Assembly (NCBI RefSeq): GCF_001194135.2
Contig: NC_068982.1
Span: forward strand, 11,620,676-11,684,675
DNA length: 64,000 nt
Source: Octopus bimaculoides
Taxonomy: Eukaryota
Reading direction: 5' to 3'
The notes under the pieces were generated by a model. The model was not told where the DNA came from, did not search any database, and saw only the letters and a program-made list of their open reading frames with translations. Positions 13,625 to 26,070 of the stretch are shown piece by piece; positions within the stretch are counted from its first letter, which is position 1; every line of letters begins with the position of its first letter. The position numbers and the translations under genes were made by a program.

Positions 13625-15047
13625 CAATGATTTTACCCAGTCATAATAATAATAATTTAAGAATAGGAAGAATATCTTATCAGAAGTACCATAGACTTCA
13701 GAAATTTATACAATTACCTTAAATCTGTTCAATTTATCTATCTTGATTCATCAAAATTAATAAGAAAATATTTTGACACAGAAAAACCATATTTGCTATG
13801 TAAAAACATGAACATACACATAAATAAAAAACCATTGATAAATTCACTTTTTATTTATTCCTTCAGGTGTTAAAACTTTTATGGCACCTCTGCAGCTTTG
13901 TCATTGAGAAAGTTCCACTGCAATTGATGCAATGAAGCAGTGTCAGTGATGAGGTTGCAGTTGAGCAACAAAGATTTCAACACCAAGAAATAAATGGAGA
14001 ATTTGTTTTCTTTTTGTGTGTGTTTTTTTTTTTTAGTTAAAAAGGATTTTCCATAATGAAATTTGCTTTACTTTCAACACAAGATCTCAGATAAAATCAC
14101 CTGCCAGCAAAGTACAACTTAGGAATAAAATATCTCAAAACTTTGAAAATGAAATTCTAAATTTCGAAACAAAAGATTGTTTTAACAAAAGAATTGTGTT
14201 CAATTTTTTCAATGTTTTGAATTGTTAGACAAGAGTTTTAGGAACAATTATTTTGCAACAAACACATGTTGTTAATAAAAGAAGAATCTAAATTCTAAAC
14301 AAGACTTATGAGATTATTTCTTCCAAGAGTCAGAGAAGTTATTTTATCTAGTAGTCTGCCTTTTATTCTTAGTGAACAGTCTCATTTTACAGGAAAATAT
14401 ATAAAGAAAAAAAAAGGAAAACACGAGTATGGGAGTATTGGAGTATGATACATCAAATGAAGAGTTTTTTCTGAAAATAAGCAAAAAAAAAAACAAAAAA
14501 ATGAATGGAGAAAAAAAAAATGTTGCCACTTTGACAAGTGACGTGCTGAAATACAGGCTTTATACATTGTGGTGATTGAGCTACACACATCTGAGTGCAT
14601 GTGAAATGTGTGAGCATACTTTGACATTTGTCAAGCAATTAAACTAGCAATCATTGTTTCAGAAACATCTTAAAAAGAAAAGAAAAAAGCATAGACGTGT
14701 TATTAAAATGCAATGCTTTTGATAGATTATTCAAATGTAAGTATCAACACTTTGGGGATAATGTGAAGAGGAAAGCGGTTTTGGATTTGGAATATATTGC
14801 AACAGAATGTTGAAATAAGGCACAAAAATAATCTTATGAACAAAGATAATTGTGATTTGGATTTATATATGGTGGAGGCTGGTTTAATTGCTAACAAAGT
14901 GAGAGAGAAAGAATGCGAATATATTAAAAAAAAGCCATTTTAGAAGTGGGAAATATTAAGGAAAGCCTTATATATTTCTATATTTTGGGATAGTCATTTT
15001 CTTTTTCATTTTTTGCCGAATAAACACATGCACTATATATTTGTTTC

Positions 15048-15424
15048 GTACTTTTTGGTTATCTCACCCCCATTAAAAAATTACCATTAAAAAATTGGGT
15101 TACCTCCCCACTAAAAAATTGAGTTTTTGGCGACAAGAGATTGGATTAAAAGAGTTAGATCCTTTTGATTCAATACTTCAACACATTGTTGACATTTGGC
15201 CTCCTCAATAGGCAGGATATGATTTGTTATAAAAATGTTATTAGATTCAATTAGATGAATAATTTTTTCAGTTTTCTGGTTTATTGATTTTCATTTTTTT
15301 TTTGTTTTATTGAGGGTTAAACAATTTCTTTAGGTGGGGGAGATAACCAAAAGAACCAATATTTTTCATAAAACAGGGGGAAATAACCCAATTTTTTAAT
15401 GGGGGTGAGATAACTAAGAAGTAC
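15048..15424. mobile_element. MITE with ~40-bp TIRs and subterminal repeats
   Basis: GTACTTTTTGGTTATCTCACCCCCATTAAAAAATT ... AATTTTTTAATGGGGGTGAGATAACTAAGAAGTAC. Confidence 0.8.
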
Positions 15425-15432
15425 CATTTCTT

Positions 15433-15678
15433 CACTCATTTATTACTGTTCTGATTTTAAATGTTGTCCATAGTCTGGAAATCTTTCATCACACATCTGT
15501 GACCTCTTCAGTGACCCTTTCTGTCCATGTGTGTTCTCCAGCTCTGCTTAATCTATGAGTTAAGCAGAGCAGGAGGAGGAACATGGATGGAAAAGGTTGC
15601 CGAAGAGGTCACAGATGCGTGACAAAAGATTTCCGGACAATGGACATCAGTTAAAACAAGAACAGTAATAAACTAGTG
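15433..15678. repeat. Fold-back palindrome, ~115-bp arms and 8-nt loop
   Basis: Left arm ...TTTATTACTGTTCTG...GCTCTGCTTAA, loop TCTATGAG, right arm TTAAGCAGAGC...AACAGTAATAAA. Confidence 0.92.
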
Positions 15679-15799
15679 CATGTGTTTATTTAGCATAGAA
15701 GAGAAGAAAGAAGAAAAACGACCATCCTGAAATATAACAATATCGGTTTCAACATGGTTTCACATCAGGAATCATGCAACACAGATTCATAAATGTATA

Positions 15800-15840
<41 letters not shown>

Positions 15841-15958
15841 TATCCAACCCATGCTAGCATGGAAGGCAGACGTTAAACGATGATATATATATACATATAT
15901 ATATTACTTTATTAAGATATTCAGCTGATTTGTAACTTCTTAATCAGATGATATACTT

Positions 15959-16411
15959 AGGCATGGCTATAGACTCAAACATGGTTGTATGGTGAGAAGT
16001 TTGTTTCTGAACTACAGGGTTCAATTCCAGTGTGTGGCACCTTCCTTGGGCAAGTGTCTTCTACCTTACTCCCAAGCTGACCAAAGCCTTGTGAATGTAC
16101 TTGATTGACTGAAACTGAAAGAAGCCCATTGTATGAATGTATATGTATGTGTTAGTGCTGAGCATGTTTGTGTAGCCTTGTCTATGCATTGCATGGTAGT
16201 TGTAAAACAATTGTTCCTGTCATACAAGCAGTATCACACATTTTCAGTGTTCTGCAAGAACGTGTCTGGCCCTGGCAAAATATAACCTTGCTTAGAAACA
16301 GGTGAAGTTTGGTGACAGGAAAAGCATCCATCCACAGAAAATCTGCCTCAGTAAACTCCATCTGACTCGTGCAAGCATGATAAGGTGGATGTCAAAACAA
16401 TGATGATGATG
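15959..16411 (+). mobile_element. SINE with SINE-B head and RTE-like tail
   Basis: 5' ~170 bp match the SINE-B head (CCTTGGGCAAGTGTCTTCTAC...ACTGAAAGAAGCCC); the 3' end resembles the RTE terminus and ends in (TGA)n. Confidence 0.8.
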
Positions 16412-16430
16412 TTTGTAACCATAAATGACA

Positions 16431-16836
16431 TACTCTTTTACTCTTTTACTTGTTTCAGTCATTTGACTGCAACCATGCTGGAGCACCGCCTTTAGTCGAG
16501 CAAATTGACCCCAGGACTTATTCTTTGTAAGTCTAGTACTTATTCTATTGGTCTCTTTTTGCCGATCCACTAAGTTAAGGGGAGGTAAACACACCAGCAT
16601 CGGTTGTCAAGCGATAGTGGGAGGACAAACACAGACACACAAACACACATACATATATATATATACATATATAGGACAGGCTTCTTTCAGTTTCCGTCTA
16701 CCAAATCCACTCACAAGGCTTTGGTCGGAACGTGGCTATAGTAGAAGACACTTGACCAAGGTGTCACGCAGTGGGACTGAACCAGGAACCATGTGGTTGG
16801 TAAGCAAGCTACTTACCACACAGCCACTGCTGCACC
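16431..16836 (-). mobile_element. SINE-B, full length
   Basis: Reverse-complement head GGTGCAGCAGTGGCTGTGTGGTAAGTAGC; tail (TAAAAGAG)n; short internal TA/TG tract. Confidence 0.9.
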
Positions 16837-17143
16837 TATTAGAAACAAAAAGTGAATAAATAATCATTCATGTATTGTTTTACATAGAAATTTGACTCAA
16901 TCACTTTGTTTCAACTTTTGTTTTATAATATATTTCTATATCCCATTGTTTCACCAGCCCCCAACTTCCATACTGCTTCTCATAGGTTGCTCTACTTACA
17001 AATACTTGCATTTATATCTAAAAGAACAGCTGCTATCATGCTACTTCAAGAAAAAAAAATCTACTTTGGGATTTTTTTGTCTTTTGCTAGTTTTGTCTTT
17101 ATGAAATTAAAATTATATACATACACACATATGTATGTATGTA

Positions 17144-17200
<57 letters not shown>

Positions 17201-17203
<3 letters not shown>

Positions 17204-17566
17204 CATGGCACCTGTGCCCAGCGTCGCCTTCCTGGCACTTGTGCCGGTGGCACGTGTAAAGACATTCGAGTGGGATTGTTGCCAGTGCCGCTGGACTGGC
17301 TCCTGTGCAGGTGGCATGTAAAATGCACCATTTTGAGCGTGGCCGTTGCCAGTACCGCCGGACTGGCCTTCGTGCAAGGTGGCACGTAAAAGCACCCACT
17401 ACACTCTCGGAGTGGTTGGCGTTAGGAAGGGCATCCAGCTGTAGAAACTCTGCCAGATCAGATTGGAGCCTGGTGCAGCCATCTGGTTCACCAGTCCTCA
17501 GTCAAATCGTCCAACCCATGCTAGCATGGAAAACGGATGTTAAACGATGATGATGATGATGATGAT
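17201..17566 (+). mobile_element. RTE LINE 3' UTR, 5'-truncated
   Basis: Matches 18960-19392; ends ATGTTAAACGATGATGATG. Confidence 0.88.
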
Positions 17567-17794
17567 ACATGTTTGCGGGTATATGCTTGTGTTAATGCAT
17601 ACACACACAACACATGTATGTATATGTATATAAGAAAATGAGATGACAAAGGAATAAAGGATTATCTTATGAACTTCGTTATTTTACAGTTGTTTCCACC
17701 ATAAGATGCAGTGGACTTAATAGTTGAGTGCTTGAATAAATAGCATAGTTTCATCGGAGCCCCAGAATGCTATATATACATATATATTTGAGGG

Positions 17795-18296
17795 GATATT
17801 TGACCTCTAAAAAGGCAATTTCTCTGCAACCTGACATGGAGAAAATGTTTTGCTTTTAGAAAAAAGTTAAAAACACAAAAGTCATTTTAGAGTATCCCCT
17901 ATGGATTGGCAGATGCATTTCAAATTTCTTTTGCTCTCTTCAGCATCAGATACCAAGCAGAGCAACTATGAACTGATTCAGATTTTGTTTTGTTTTTTCT
18001 ACACCACTGCTTTGCACATCATTCATATATTTTGTTCTCTCTTGGTGGTTGAAGCACACGTTCTGTAAATAGCATTTACCGATCTCTTGTAAAGAAGTCA
18101 AGACTTGCAGTCCATTAAGAGTTGCTCCCTGCTTGGTATCTGGTGCTGAAAAGGGCAACAGAAGCTCAAAATGCATCTACCAGTCCATAGGAGTTGCTCT
18201 GAGCTGTCCTCAGTGTTTTTAACACCTTTTACTGAAGTAAGAAATTTTCTCCATGGCAGACAGCAGATAAAATTGCCTTTTCACTGGTCAAATATG
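17795..18296. mobile_element. Old long-TIR fold-back element (~185-bp arms, ~130-bp spacer)
   Basis: 17795-17976 aligns by eye with the reverse complement of 18108-18296 (ATATTTGACC, AAAAGGCAATTT, CATGGAGAAAAT, AAAAACAC, CCTATGGA.TGG.AGATGCATTT, CAGCA.CAGATACCAAGCAG). Confidence 0.8.
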
Positions 18297-18539
18297 TCCA
18301 AAACATATTTGAACTGACCCACAATTTATTTTACACAATTGCTTTGCATTGCATGCCACCTGTATGTGTATGTATGTATGTATGTATGCATGTCTGTGTG
18401 TGTGTGTTTGTGTGTATATATATATATGTATATATACACAAACACACACCCATACATGAACACACATTATATACTTTATGACATAAAACATACCACCCAC
18501 CTGTCCATTAATGTACACATATATTTATCAGTGTGCCCT

Positions 18540-19392
18540 GAGAAAAGTTGGATTTAAGAAGCATCAGATGTGGTGTGCAAGAGAGACAACTGCACTGGCA
18601 TGGTCATGTGTTTTGTATGGATGAGGACAGCTGTGTGAAAAAGTGTCACACTCTAGCAGTTGAGGGAACCTGTGGAAGAGGTAGACCTAGGAAAACCTGG
18701 GATGAGGTGGTGAAGCATGACCTTCGAACATTGGGCCTTACCGAGGCAATGAGTAGTGACCAGGACCTTTGGAGATATGCTGTGCTTGAGAAGACCCGAC
18801 AAGCGAAGTGAGCCCATGGCCCATGGCCTATGCCAGTGGTTGTAACCAGCCCATTTATGAATACCTCTCATTCATTGGACAATGAACTTTGCTTGTGAAG
18901 ACCTATTGAGGCAAGTGAAATCAAAGTCAAAATTGCTGACATGGCTGATGACAGTACTGCCTGAATGGCACTCGTGCCAGTGAAACGTTAAAAGCACATC
19001 CAAGTATGATTGTTGCCAGGGCCACGGATTGGCTCCTGTGCCGGTAACATGTGAAAAGCACCATTCGAGTGTGATCGTTGCCAGCATTGCTTTACTGGCA
19101 CATGTGCTGGTGGCACGTGAAAAACAAAATGCGAGTGTGGTCGATGCCAGTGCCACCGGACTGGCTCCTGTGCAGGTAGTACATAAAAACACCTTTTGAG
19201 CGAGGTCATTGCCAGTGGCACATAAAAGCACCTGCTACACTCTTGGAGTGGTTGACATTAGAAAGGGCATCCAGCTGTAGAAACTTTGCCAGATCAGATT
19301 GAGCCTGGTGCAGCCTTCTGGCTTGCCAGTCTTCAGTCAAACCGTCCAACCCATGCCAGCATGGAAAGCGGATGTAAAACGATGATGATGAT
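18540..19392 (+). mobile_element. 5'-truncated RTE-clade LINE: ORF2 C-terminus, 3' UTR and (TGA)n tail
   Basis: ORF 18548-18811 contains QLHWHGHV...GRGRPRKTWDEVVKHDL...LWRYAV, the typical RTE RL.W.GHV/GRP..TW/WR C-terminal motif series. Confidence 0.92.
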
Positions 19393-21479
19393 ATATATAT
19401 ATATATGCACAAAGATACACATGTGTGTATGTATATATTTGAGTGTTTGTTATAGTATTTGTAAAAATATTCTGCATTAGTTTAACATATTCAGTGCAGA
19501 GTGTACAGTGACTTTAGTGAGGCAAGCAAACAAATGTAAATTCATTTTGTATTTTCTTTGCAGACAAAAAAATGGAGATTATTCTGTTATGTTTTATGTC
19601 TTATTGGACACTTTGCAGCAGATAATGTAGTCCTCTTCCTTGTACCCACATTGAGGATGTAATAGCAATCACTCCGATCACAACATAGCAGATGATCAAC
19701 TAATTTGCATATCATGCATCTGTTGTTAGCATGACGAAATAATTAATATACATTTTATGATGAAATATCATGTATTAGTGAATTTAACATAAATTTTATG
19801 CTGTTAGGCTCCAGTTTATGAAAGTAGTCAAATCTAAAGACATTTTGTTATTCTCTTTATGTTTAAAAAGAAATGAGATTAATGTAACGTTTCATGGTTG
19901 GTTGGCCACTCTACAGAGGTTAAGCGAAACCTTGAACTGTTTCAGGATAATCTCCTTTATTTTTCTATGTGCATAGAGAAAAGTATAATATATTTACATT
20001 TGTCTATGTTCTACAGCAGAGGTGCTTGGAGCTATAGGCTAACTACATCAAATTTGTATTATATATATGTACATATGAATATATATATATGTTTGTATGC
20101 ATTTATGTGTATAGATGTGCATATAAATGTATTTGTACTTATCCACACACGACAAATAAACAAAGAAAAAAACAAAAAAAAATATCAAACCATCAATATT
20201 CTTCAAACTCTATTGTATAGATTCTTTGAAAAGAAGTTTTACAACTAGATAATGTTTGAAGAATCAATTGTAGTTGTTATGTATTGTATGTTGTGTTTAT
20301 AAAGTACCTTTGCTTTCTCTTTTAGTTCTCAAGTCACCTTACATTTTGCACAATTGAAAAGATATTCATTTAAGCAATATATTTTATAAATGTGTTTGAT
20401 ATCATTGTGTTCACATCAGCTGTTTGAAATTTTTGTTCTTATTGATTATCTTAATTTTTTTCCTCCTTTCATTGTTTACTATTTTGCCATTAAATTGTTG
20501 TATCTGGTTTTCTACTGTCATTGCTTGATACAAAGTCGACATTAGTATTTTTGTTGTTGTTGTGTTAGAGTTATGTTCAGCTTCTTTCTTTTGGGATGGA
20601 TGCTTCATAAAAAAAATCTTTATGGAAATGTAATTGTGTGTGTGTGTGTGTATACACTGCCGCTCTGCATCTTTTAATTTTGTTACTGTTGATTTCATAG
20701 AATACTTTGATCTATGAAATCAAAATATATGTATACACATAAATTATTTCACCAAACATAAAGTCTAAATGTGTATATTTTGTAAATAATAATATTGGTG
20801 ATTAATTCTGTTAATGCTAATAATAACGAGGATACTTTTTTAAAAAAGTTTGCCACATGAATAAATGACTACAATATTTCACTGATACTTATTCTGTTGA
20901 CATTGTAAGGGGAAAAAACAGAGCAATCTTTGATGAGTTTTGAGTTGAAAACTTAAAGGGGCATAATTAATTACCATGAGGAAGGAGACAGTCAATTAAA
21001 CTATCTCTAGGGGTCTGACTTCTATTTCATTCTATCAACATCAGAGGGATGAAAGGTAGACTTGAACTTCACAAAATTTGAATATGCGAATGTTGTACCT
21101 CTGTTAGTTAATAAAAAAATTTAAGCGTGCTTTTACATTATTGTCTGTGGACCCCCCCCCCAGCACTCACCTATGTGTGTGTTTATGTTGGTTTTATTTT
21201 TGTGTGAGCGTGTGTGTGTGTGTGAGCATATACATACACACATACACACACACAGACGATGAGATGAAAAAATGAGAGTATATTGTGTAAGGTTAGAATT
21301 ATTAACAATTTTTTTTTTTAAACGAGGACTTAAGGCCATTGTTAAAATGATTGGATAAGTAAAGAACAGTTGCTAAGTAAGAGTAAATTGTCAGGTTGTT
21401 GTTTCTTGAGGATTTGGACGTCTCACTGATAGAGAATATTTAGGTCTGTTAAGAGTTGTTGTAGTTACTTGTAATCAAA

Positions 21480-21718
21480 CAGTCTAGATATAGAAAGCAA
21501 AGTGATGGCCGCTTATCAGTAGCATATCAGTGTCAAGGTATAGAGGTAACTGTAAGAAGGTTATCTATGTAGAGAAGGAAGAAGTTCAGTTGAACTACTG
21601 AGTTTTCAAGTACTTCAAAGGTAATAGAATGCAACCAGACAGAAGTGAAAGTTCTACCAATAACTGTATTGATGTGGATTACAGTCCTAGCCAGGTGGTT
21701 AACAATTTTGCTTCGCAA
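21480..21718 (-). mobile_element. Degenerate CR1/Jockey-group reverse transcriptase fragment
   Basis: Translation EVLENSVVQLNFFLLYIDNLLTVTSIP*H*YATD resembles the GVPQGSVL.P.LFLLYINDL...YADD motif. Confidence 0.55.
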
Positions 21719-21928
21719 TCACGAGATTCCATGTTTACTCATCATAACACTCCCATTGTGTAGCATTTTGGGCAAGTGTCTTTCACTATATAGCCTTTGT
21801 TCAGTCCAAGTCTCGTGCATGGAATTAGGTAGGCAGATAGAGTATGGCAATTCAATGGATGGACTCTAACAATAATTGAAAGACAAGTTTTGTTAAACAT
21901 TGTGGCATGCTGATTTTACCTGAGTCTT

Positions 21929-21929
21929 A

Positions 21930-21995
<66 letters not shown>

Positions 21996-22365
21996 TCTGT
22001 TTTCCATGCTGGCATGCTTTGGATGGTTTGACTGGAGCTGGCAAGGCCAGGAGTTGCATCAGGTTCCAATTGTTTGTTTTGGCATGGCTTCTACAGCTTC
22101 ATGCCCTTCCTAATGCCAACCACTGCATGGAATGGTTGACAATAGGAATGGCATAGCACCAGCACATGTACTTTATATGTGATACTACCAGGGGTGCTCT
22201 TTATATGGCACCAGCATGGGTACTTTATATCTGGCACCAGCACGGATGCTTTGTATGTGACACCATCACCTGTGTTTTTCATGTGGCACCATCACGAGTG
22301 CTTTATATTTGGTAACAGCACCAGTGCTTCATATGAGGCACCAGCACTGGTGCTTTTTACATCTG
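21929..22365 (-). mobile_element. LINE 3' end with (CAT)n tail and internal ~25-30-bp minisatellite
   Basis: (CAT)n at 21929-21994, RTE-like terminus, then repeated GGCACCAGCAC..GTGCTTT units at 22150-22365; same layout at 41634-41855. Confidence 0.7.
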
Positions 22366-23570
22366 GGAGGCAGTGGAATACTCAAACACTTGCACCATAA
22401 ATCAATGAGTAGATACTTCAGTTAATCAACGAATTGAATTACTTGTTGTTGAAATCAGTAGAAAAGCCTATTTTTGTTTTTGTTGAAAATAAAATCTAAA
22501 TTCTTTAAAAGTTTCTTAAAACAATTCAATTTTGGAACATCTACAGACAGAACATCTAAAACCAGAATTTTTATGTAGCAAAATATGTCATTTTTTAAAT
22601 AAAATTATTAGTTTTGGTCTCTTACCAAACAAAGTTATCAATTAGTCTATTGTTTAGTCTCACAGAAATGATATATAGGTTTTTGAATGAATATATTGTT
22701 ATATAACATTCTTTAAAGTTTAGATCACAAACTTAAGCTAAACAGGAAAAAAACAAAATGATACAACTTGCTTACACGTATAAGGTTATGTGTAGCAATA
22801 TGTGTAACTTGATAATACTTTTCAGGACAAGATATGGAAAGGATAAACACTTTTTTGTTTTGTAATTTAATAAAAAAAGAAAAGAAAATTACAAACTTGC
22901 CGTTCTTTTATTTTGTAGAATTGGCAGAAATGTAGAGAAAATTTATCAGGGGAAATTTTTGAAACCTGAACTGTATTCTTACAATCATTTTCATTGCTTA
23001 CAATTTCAAGTAACTAAGATATAATTTGTTTTCTTTTGTCATCTATCATGGCGACAATTCTCAATTTATATTGTTTTGAAAGCTTTTTAATTTTTTCCGT
23101 TCTTCCTATTACATTTAGTCACATTTATCATGAATTATGTCAAAATATTTAATTATTTTGCATGTTATGATTTACTTTGACATGAGAAGCAACAATCAGT
23201 CATATTTATATTTTCATTTTATTCCACTATTTCTTACAACTGCTTTAAATGAGTTAGGTCATAGCTCCTTCACCTCCCACCCCCCAGCCACCCTGCCATC
23301 AACTCTTTATGGTATGTGCATTGTGAAATAATATGACTAAAATACAGCACTTTTTTTTTTTCATTTGTTTTGGTAGTGGTAGTTTGTATGTGCTTTGAAT
23401 ATCAATCTTTATTTCTGATAGACTAACTAAATTCATTCTTTTTTTTTCTCTTCTCGTATTTTCGTTGTCTATATTCATTTCAATAACTAAACCCATTCGA
23501 AATGATTTTTTTCAACACCATCCTCCCCAAACAAACTGACAGGCAAATTCAGTATCCTAGGACTTGCAAC

Positions 23571-24387
23571 CAGGGCTGGCTTTAGGATGTGCAGGGCTCA
23601 ATCGGGTGAGGTGAGGGGGAGAATTTCCAAGGATCTATCCTATCTCCTACCCGACCGATTTTCATGGAAAATATCATTGGCAGCATATTAGGAGATGGGA
23701 TAAGTTGATAGCACAAAAAAACCCCAGGAAAATATATTATTCCCCACCGAAACCGAGTTGGGTGTTAAACTATAAATTTACCAAAAATTTTCACCATCAG
23801 TAAGCAAAACTACATCTAACCTATGCTTTTTAAAAACATTCTGGCAAAAATTAGAAAAATATTTAACAAGATCCCAAATAAAGTCTTATCTGTTGCATGA
23901 TGTTATGCTAAAAGAGATATGCATAAAATGAGAATTAATAATTTAGAATTTAGACATTTACAAAAGTATATTTATACCAACTCACATACACAAACATATG
24001 CACACATATATACATACAATTCACCATACACTTAAACAACCACATACATACTCACACACACACACAAATCTTTTACCAAAACATGCCCATAAACACTCCC
24101 AAACTTACACACATGCCTACATACAGTTGACTCTTACACTAATAATACAAGCAAGGCTGACCCAAGCAATTTTGGATGAATGGGTTTATCTTTTTGTATC
24201 TAGTGTAGAAAATTTCTTTTTTTTTTTAAAGAGCATTTTTATGTAGATTTTCATAAACATCAGGGAGACCATTTTCATAGAAATGTAACAGTATAGGATG
24301 TGGCTGACTTGAATGCAGTATAGGATGTGGCTGACTTGGGTGCGGGGCCTGATTGGGAGCAATCAGTCCAATTGGTGGCCGGCCCTA
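23571..24387. mobile_element. Possible hAT-like non-autonomous element
   Basis: Ends CAGGGCTGGC ... GCCGGCCCT form a short imperfect TIR; no TSD seen. Confidence 0.35.
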
Positions 24388-24654
24388 CTTGCAATTTATT
24401 CATTGAGAAAATATTGAAAAATGATATATTTTTCGGGTCATCCAAGCACAACATATGTAGATCAACTCACTAGAGACACTGGTTACCTCTTTGAAACTAA
24501 TGTAGGAAACTAATGTACCCCCTCAACTAATGAAACTAATGTACCCCCTCAACTAATGTAGGACAGAGACGGGTGGAGTGTGTGGGTTAAAAATGTCGGA
24601 ACAATCTTGACCAGATGATGATATTTCAAATGAATTTTAAAATAAGTGTTCTTA

Positions 24655-24977
24655 TACAGGGGTGGGGTGTGTGCAAAAGTAGGTATACAGTAAGCATCAC
24701 ATCAATGTTTTAATACTTAATTCATTAAAAATTATTTTCACATTAAATTAGCCTCATTTTTGATATTTTCAGTGTCATTAATCATAATAATACATTTATC
24801 ATAACTCTTTTACTCTTTTACTTGTTTCAGTCATTTGACTGTGGCCATGCTGGAGCACCGCCTTTAACTATAATAATAATTTTATTGTAACTTTAAATTG
24901 TTTTTGATAAAAATAAATGAGTATTGTACGTGTTTACTTTTTTCATAACTGTATACCTACTTTTGCACCACCCTGTA
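24655..24977. mobile_element. Tc1/mariner-type MITE containing a SINE-B tail fragment (~24805-24867)
   Basis: TIRs TACAGGG...TGCAAAAGTAGGTATACAG ... CTGTATACCTACTTTTGCACCACCCTGTA. Confidence 0.85.
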
Positions 24978-24991
24978 TACATAAGACACTG

Positions 24992-25228
24992 AAGGGGGCA
25001 AGCTGGCAGAACCGTTAGCATGCCGGGCGAAATGCTTAGCGGTATTTCATCTACCGTTACGTTCTGAGTTCAAATTCCTCCGAGGTCGACTTTGCCTTTC
25101 ATCCTTTCGGAGTCGATTAAATAAGTACCAGTTATGCACTGGGGTCAATATAATCGACTTAATCCGTTTGTCTGTCCTTGTTTGTCCCCTCTGTGTGTAG
25201 CCCCTTGTGGGTAGTAAAGAAATAAGAA
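24992..25228 (+). mobile_element. SINE-D, full length
   Basis: GCAAGCTGGCAGAACCGTTAGC...GAGTTCAAATTCC...GCCTTTCATCCTTTCGGAGTCGAT...AAAGAAATAAGAA. Confidence 0.9.
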
Positions 25229-25386
25229 TTGTTGGCACACTAAAAAAAACAAAAAAAAAAATGCCTCTAAGCATATATTGTCTATCATTAATCATTCTAC
25301 TGCTGCTCAAATTATTTCTTCATGTCTTCTCTTCAATGTTTTAGCATTAAATTATAGTCTTAAATAAAAACAGAAATGCAAGTCCT

Positions 25387-25605
25387 TTAACCCCTTTAGC
25401 ATTTAAACCAGCCAAAATATTCTGTCTGCTTTATGTTCAAACTGGCCAGATGTAACATCTCACACCTACCCCACAATGTCATTCTAAAAATAAACAATCA
25501 CATCATCAGAATCTCAAAGCTATGATATAATGCATGATTCATTAAAAGTAATGTGAATAATTAAGCATTAGATTTGACAGAGAAATCTGAATGCTAAAGG
25601 CTTAA
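25387..25605. mobile_element. pB-MITE
   Basis: TTAA-CCCCTTTAGCATT ... AATGCTAAAGGC-TTAA. Confidence 0.85.
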
Positions 25606-25837
25606 TTGAATTAAATAAAGTTATGACAACTTTACATCAATTTAAATATTTCCATATAATTTAAAGTAAATATACCAGGAAGGTTAAATATCACTTCATG
25701 AACTTGACTAAGGTTTTCTTTGGTTTACAGTCAAGTAATTCTTTATTCTTCTTAGTTCTGGAGATTTCTAGTAAATTCTCACATGTACAAATGCATAAAT
25801 GTTTCAACAAGCTTTATCAAAGTAAGGCTTTTAATGG

Positions 25838-26070
25838 TGAAGGTGTGTGGCTTAGTGGTTAGGCTGTTGGACTCCTGATCATAACGTTGTGGTTTCAATT
25901 CCTGGACCAAGTGATGCATTGTGTTCTTGAGCAAGACACTTCATTTCATGTTGCTGCAATCTACTCAGCTGGCAAAATTGAGTAATCGTGTGATTGACCG
26001 GCGTCCTGTCCATAGGGAAAAATATATATGCCTCAGAAATTAGGAAACTGGCCCTATGAGTCTATATGAC
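25838..26070 (+). mobile_element. SINE with SINE-A1 head and a different 3' part
   Basis: GTGAAGGTGTGTGGCTTAGTGGTTAGG...CTTGAGCAAGACACTT...ACTCAGCTGGCAAAA matches A1, then diverges (GACCGGCGTCCTGTCC...). Confidence 0.75.

Noticed and set aside
13868-13936. Possible terminal exon VLKLLWHLCSFVIEKVPLQLMQ*
   Set aside because: Good acceptor, but no homology and no linkable upstream exon.
24288-24562. Short two-copy tandem duplications of ~26-27 bp (a similar 29-bp one lies at ~8730-8790)
   Set aside because: Ordinary slippage duplications; no spacer-repeat array and not CRISPR-like.
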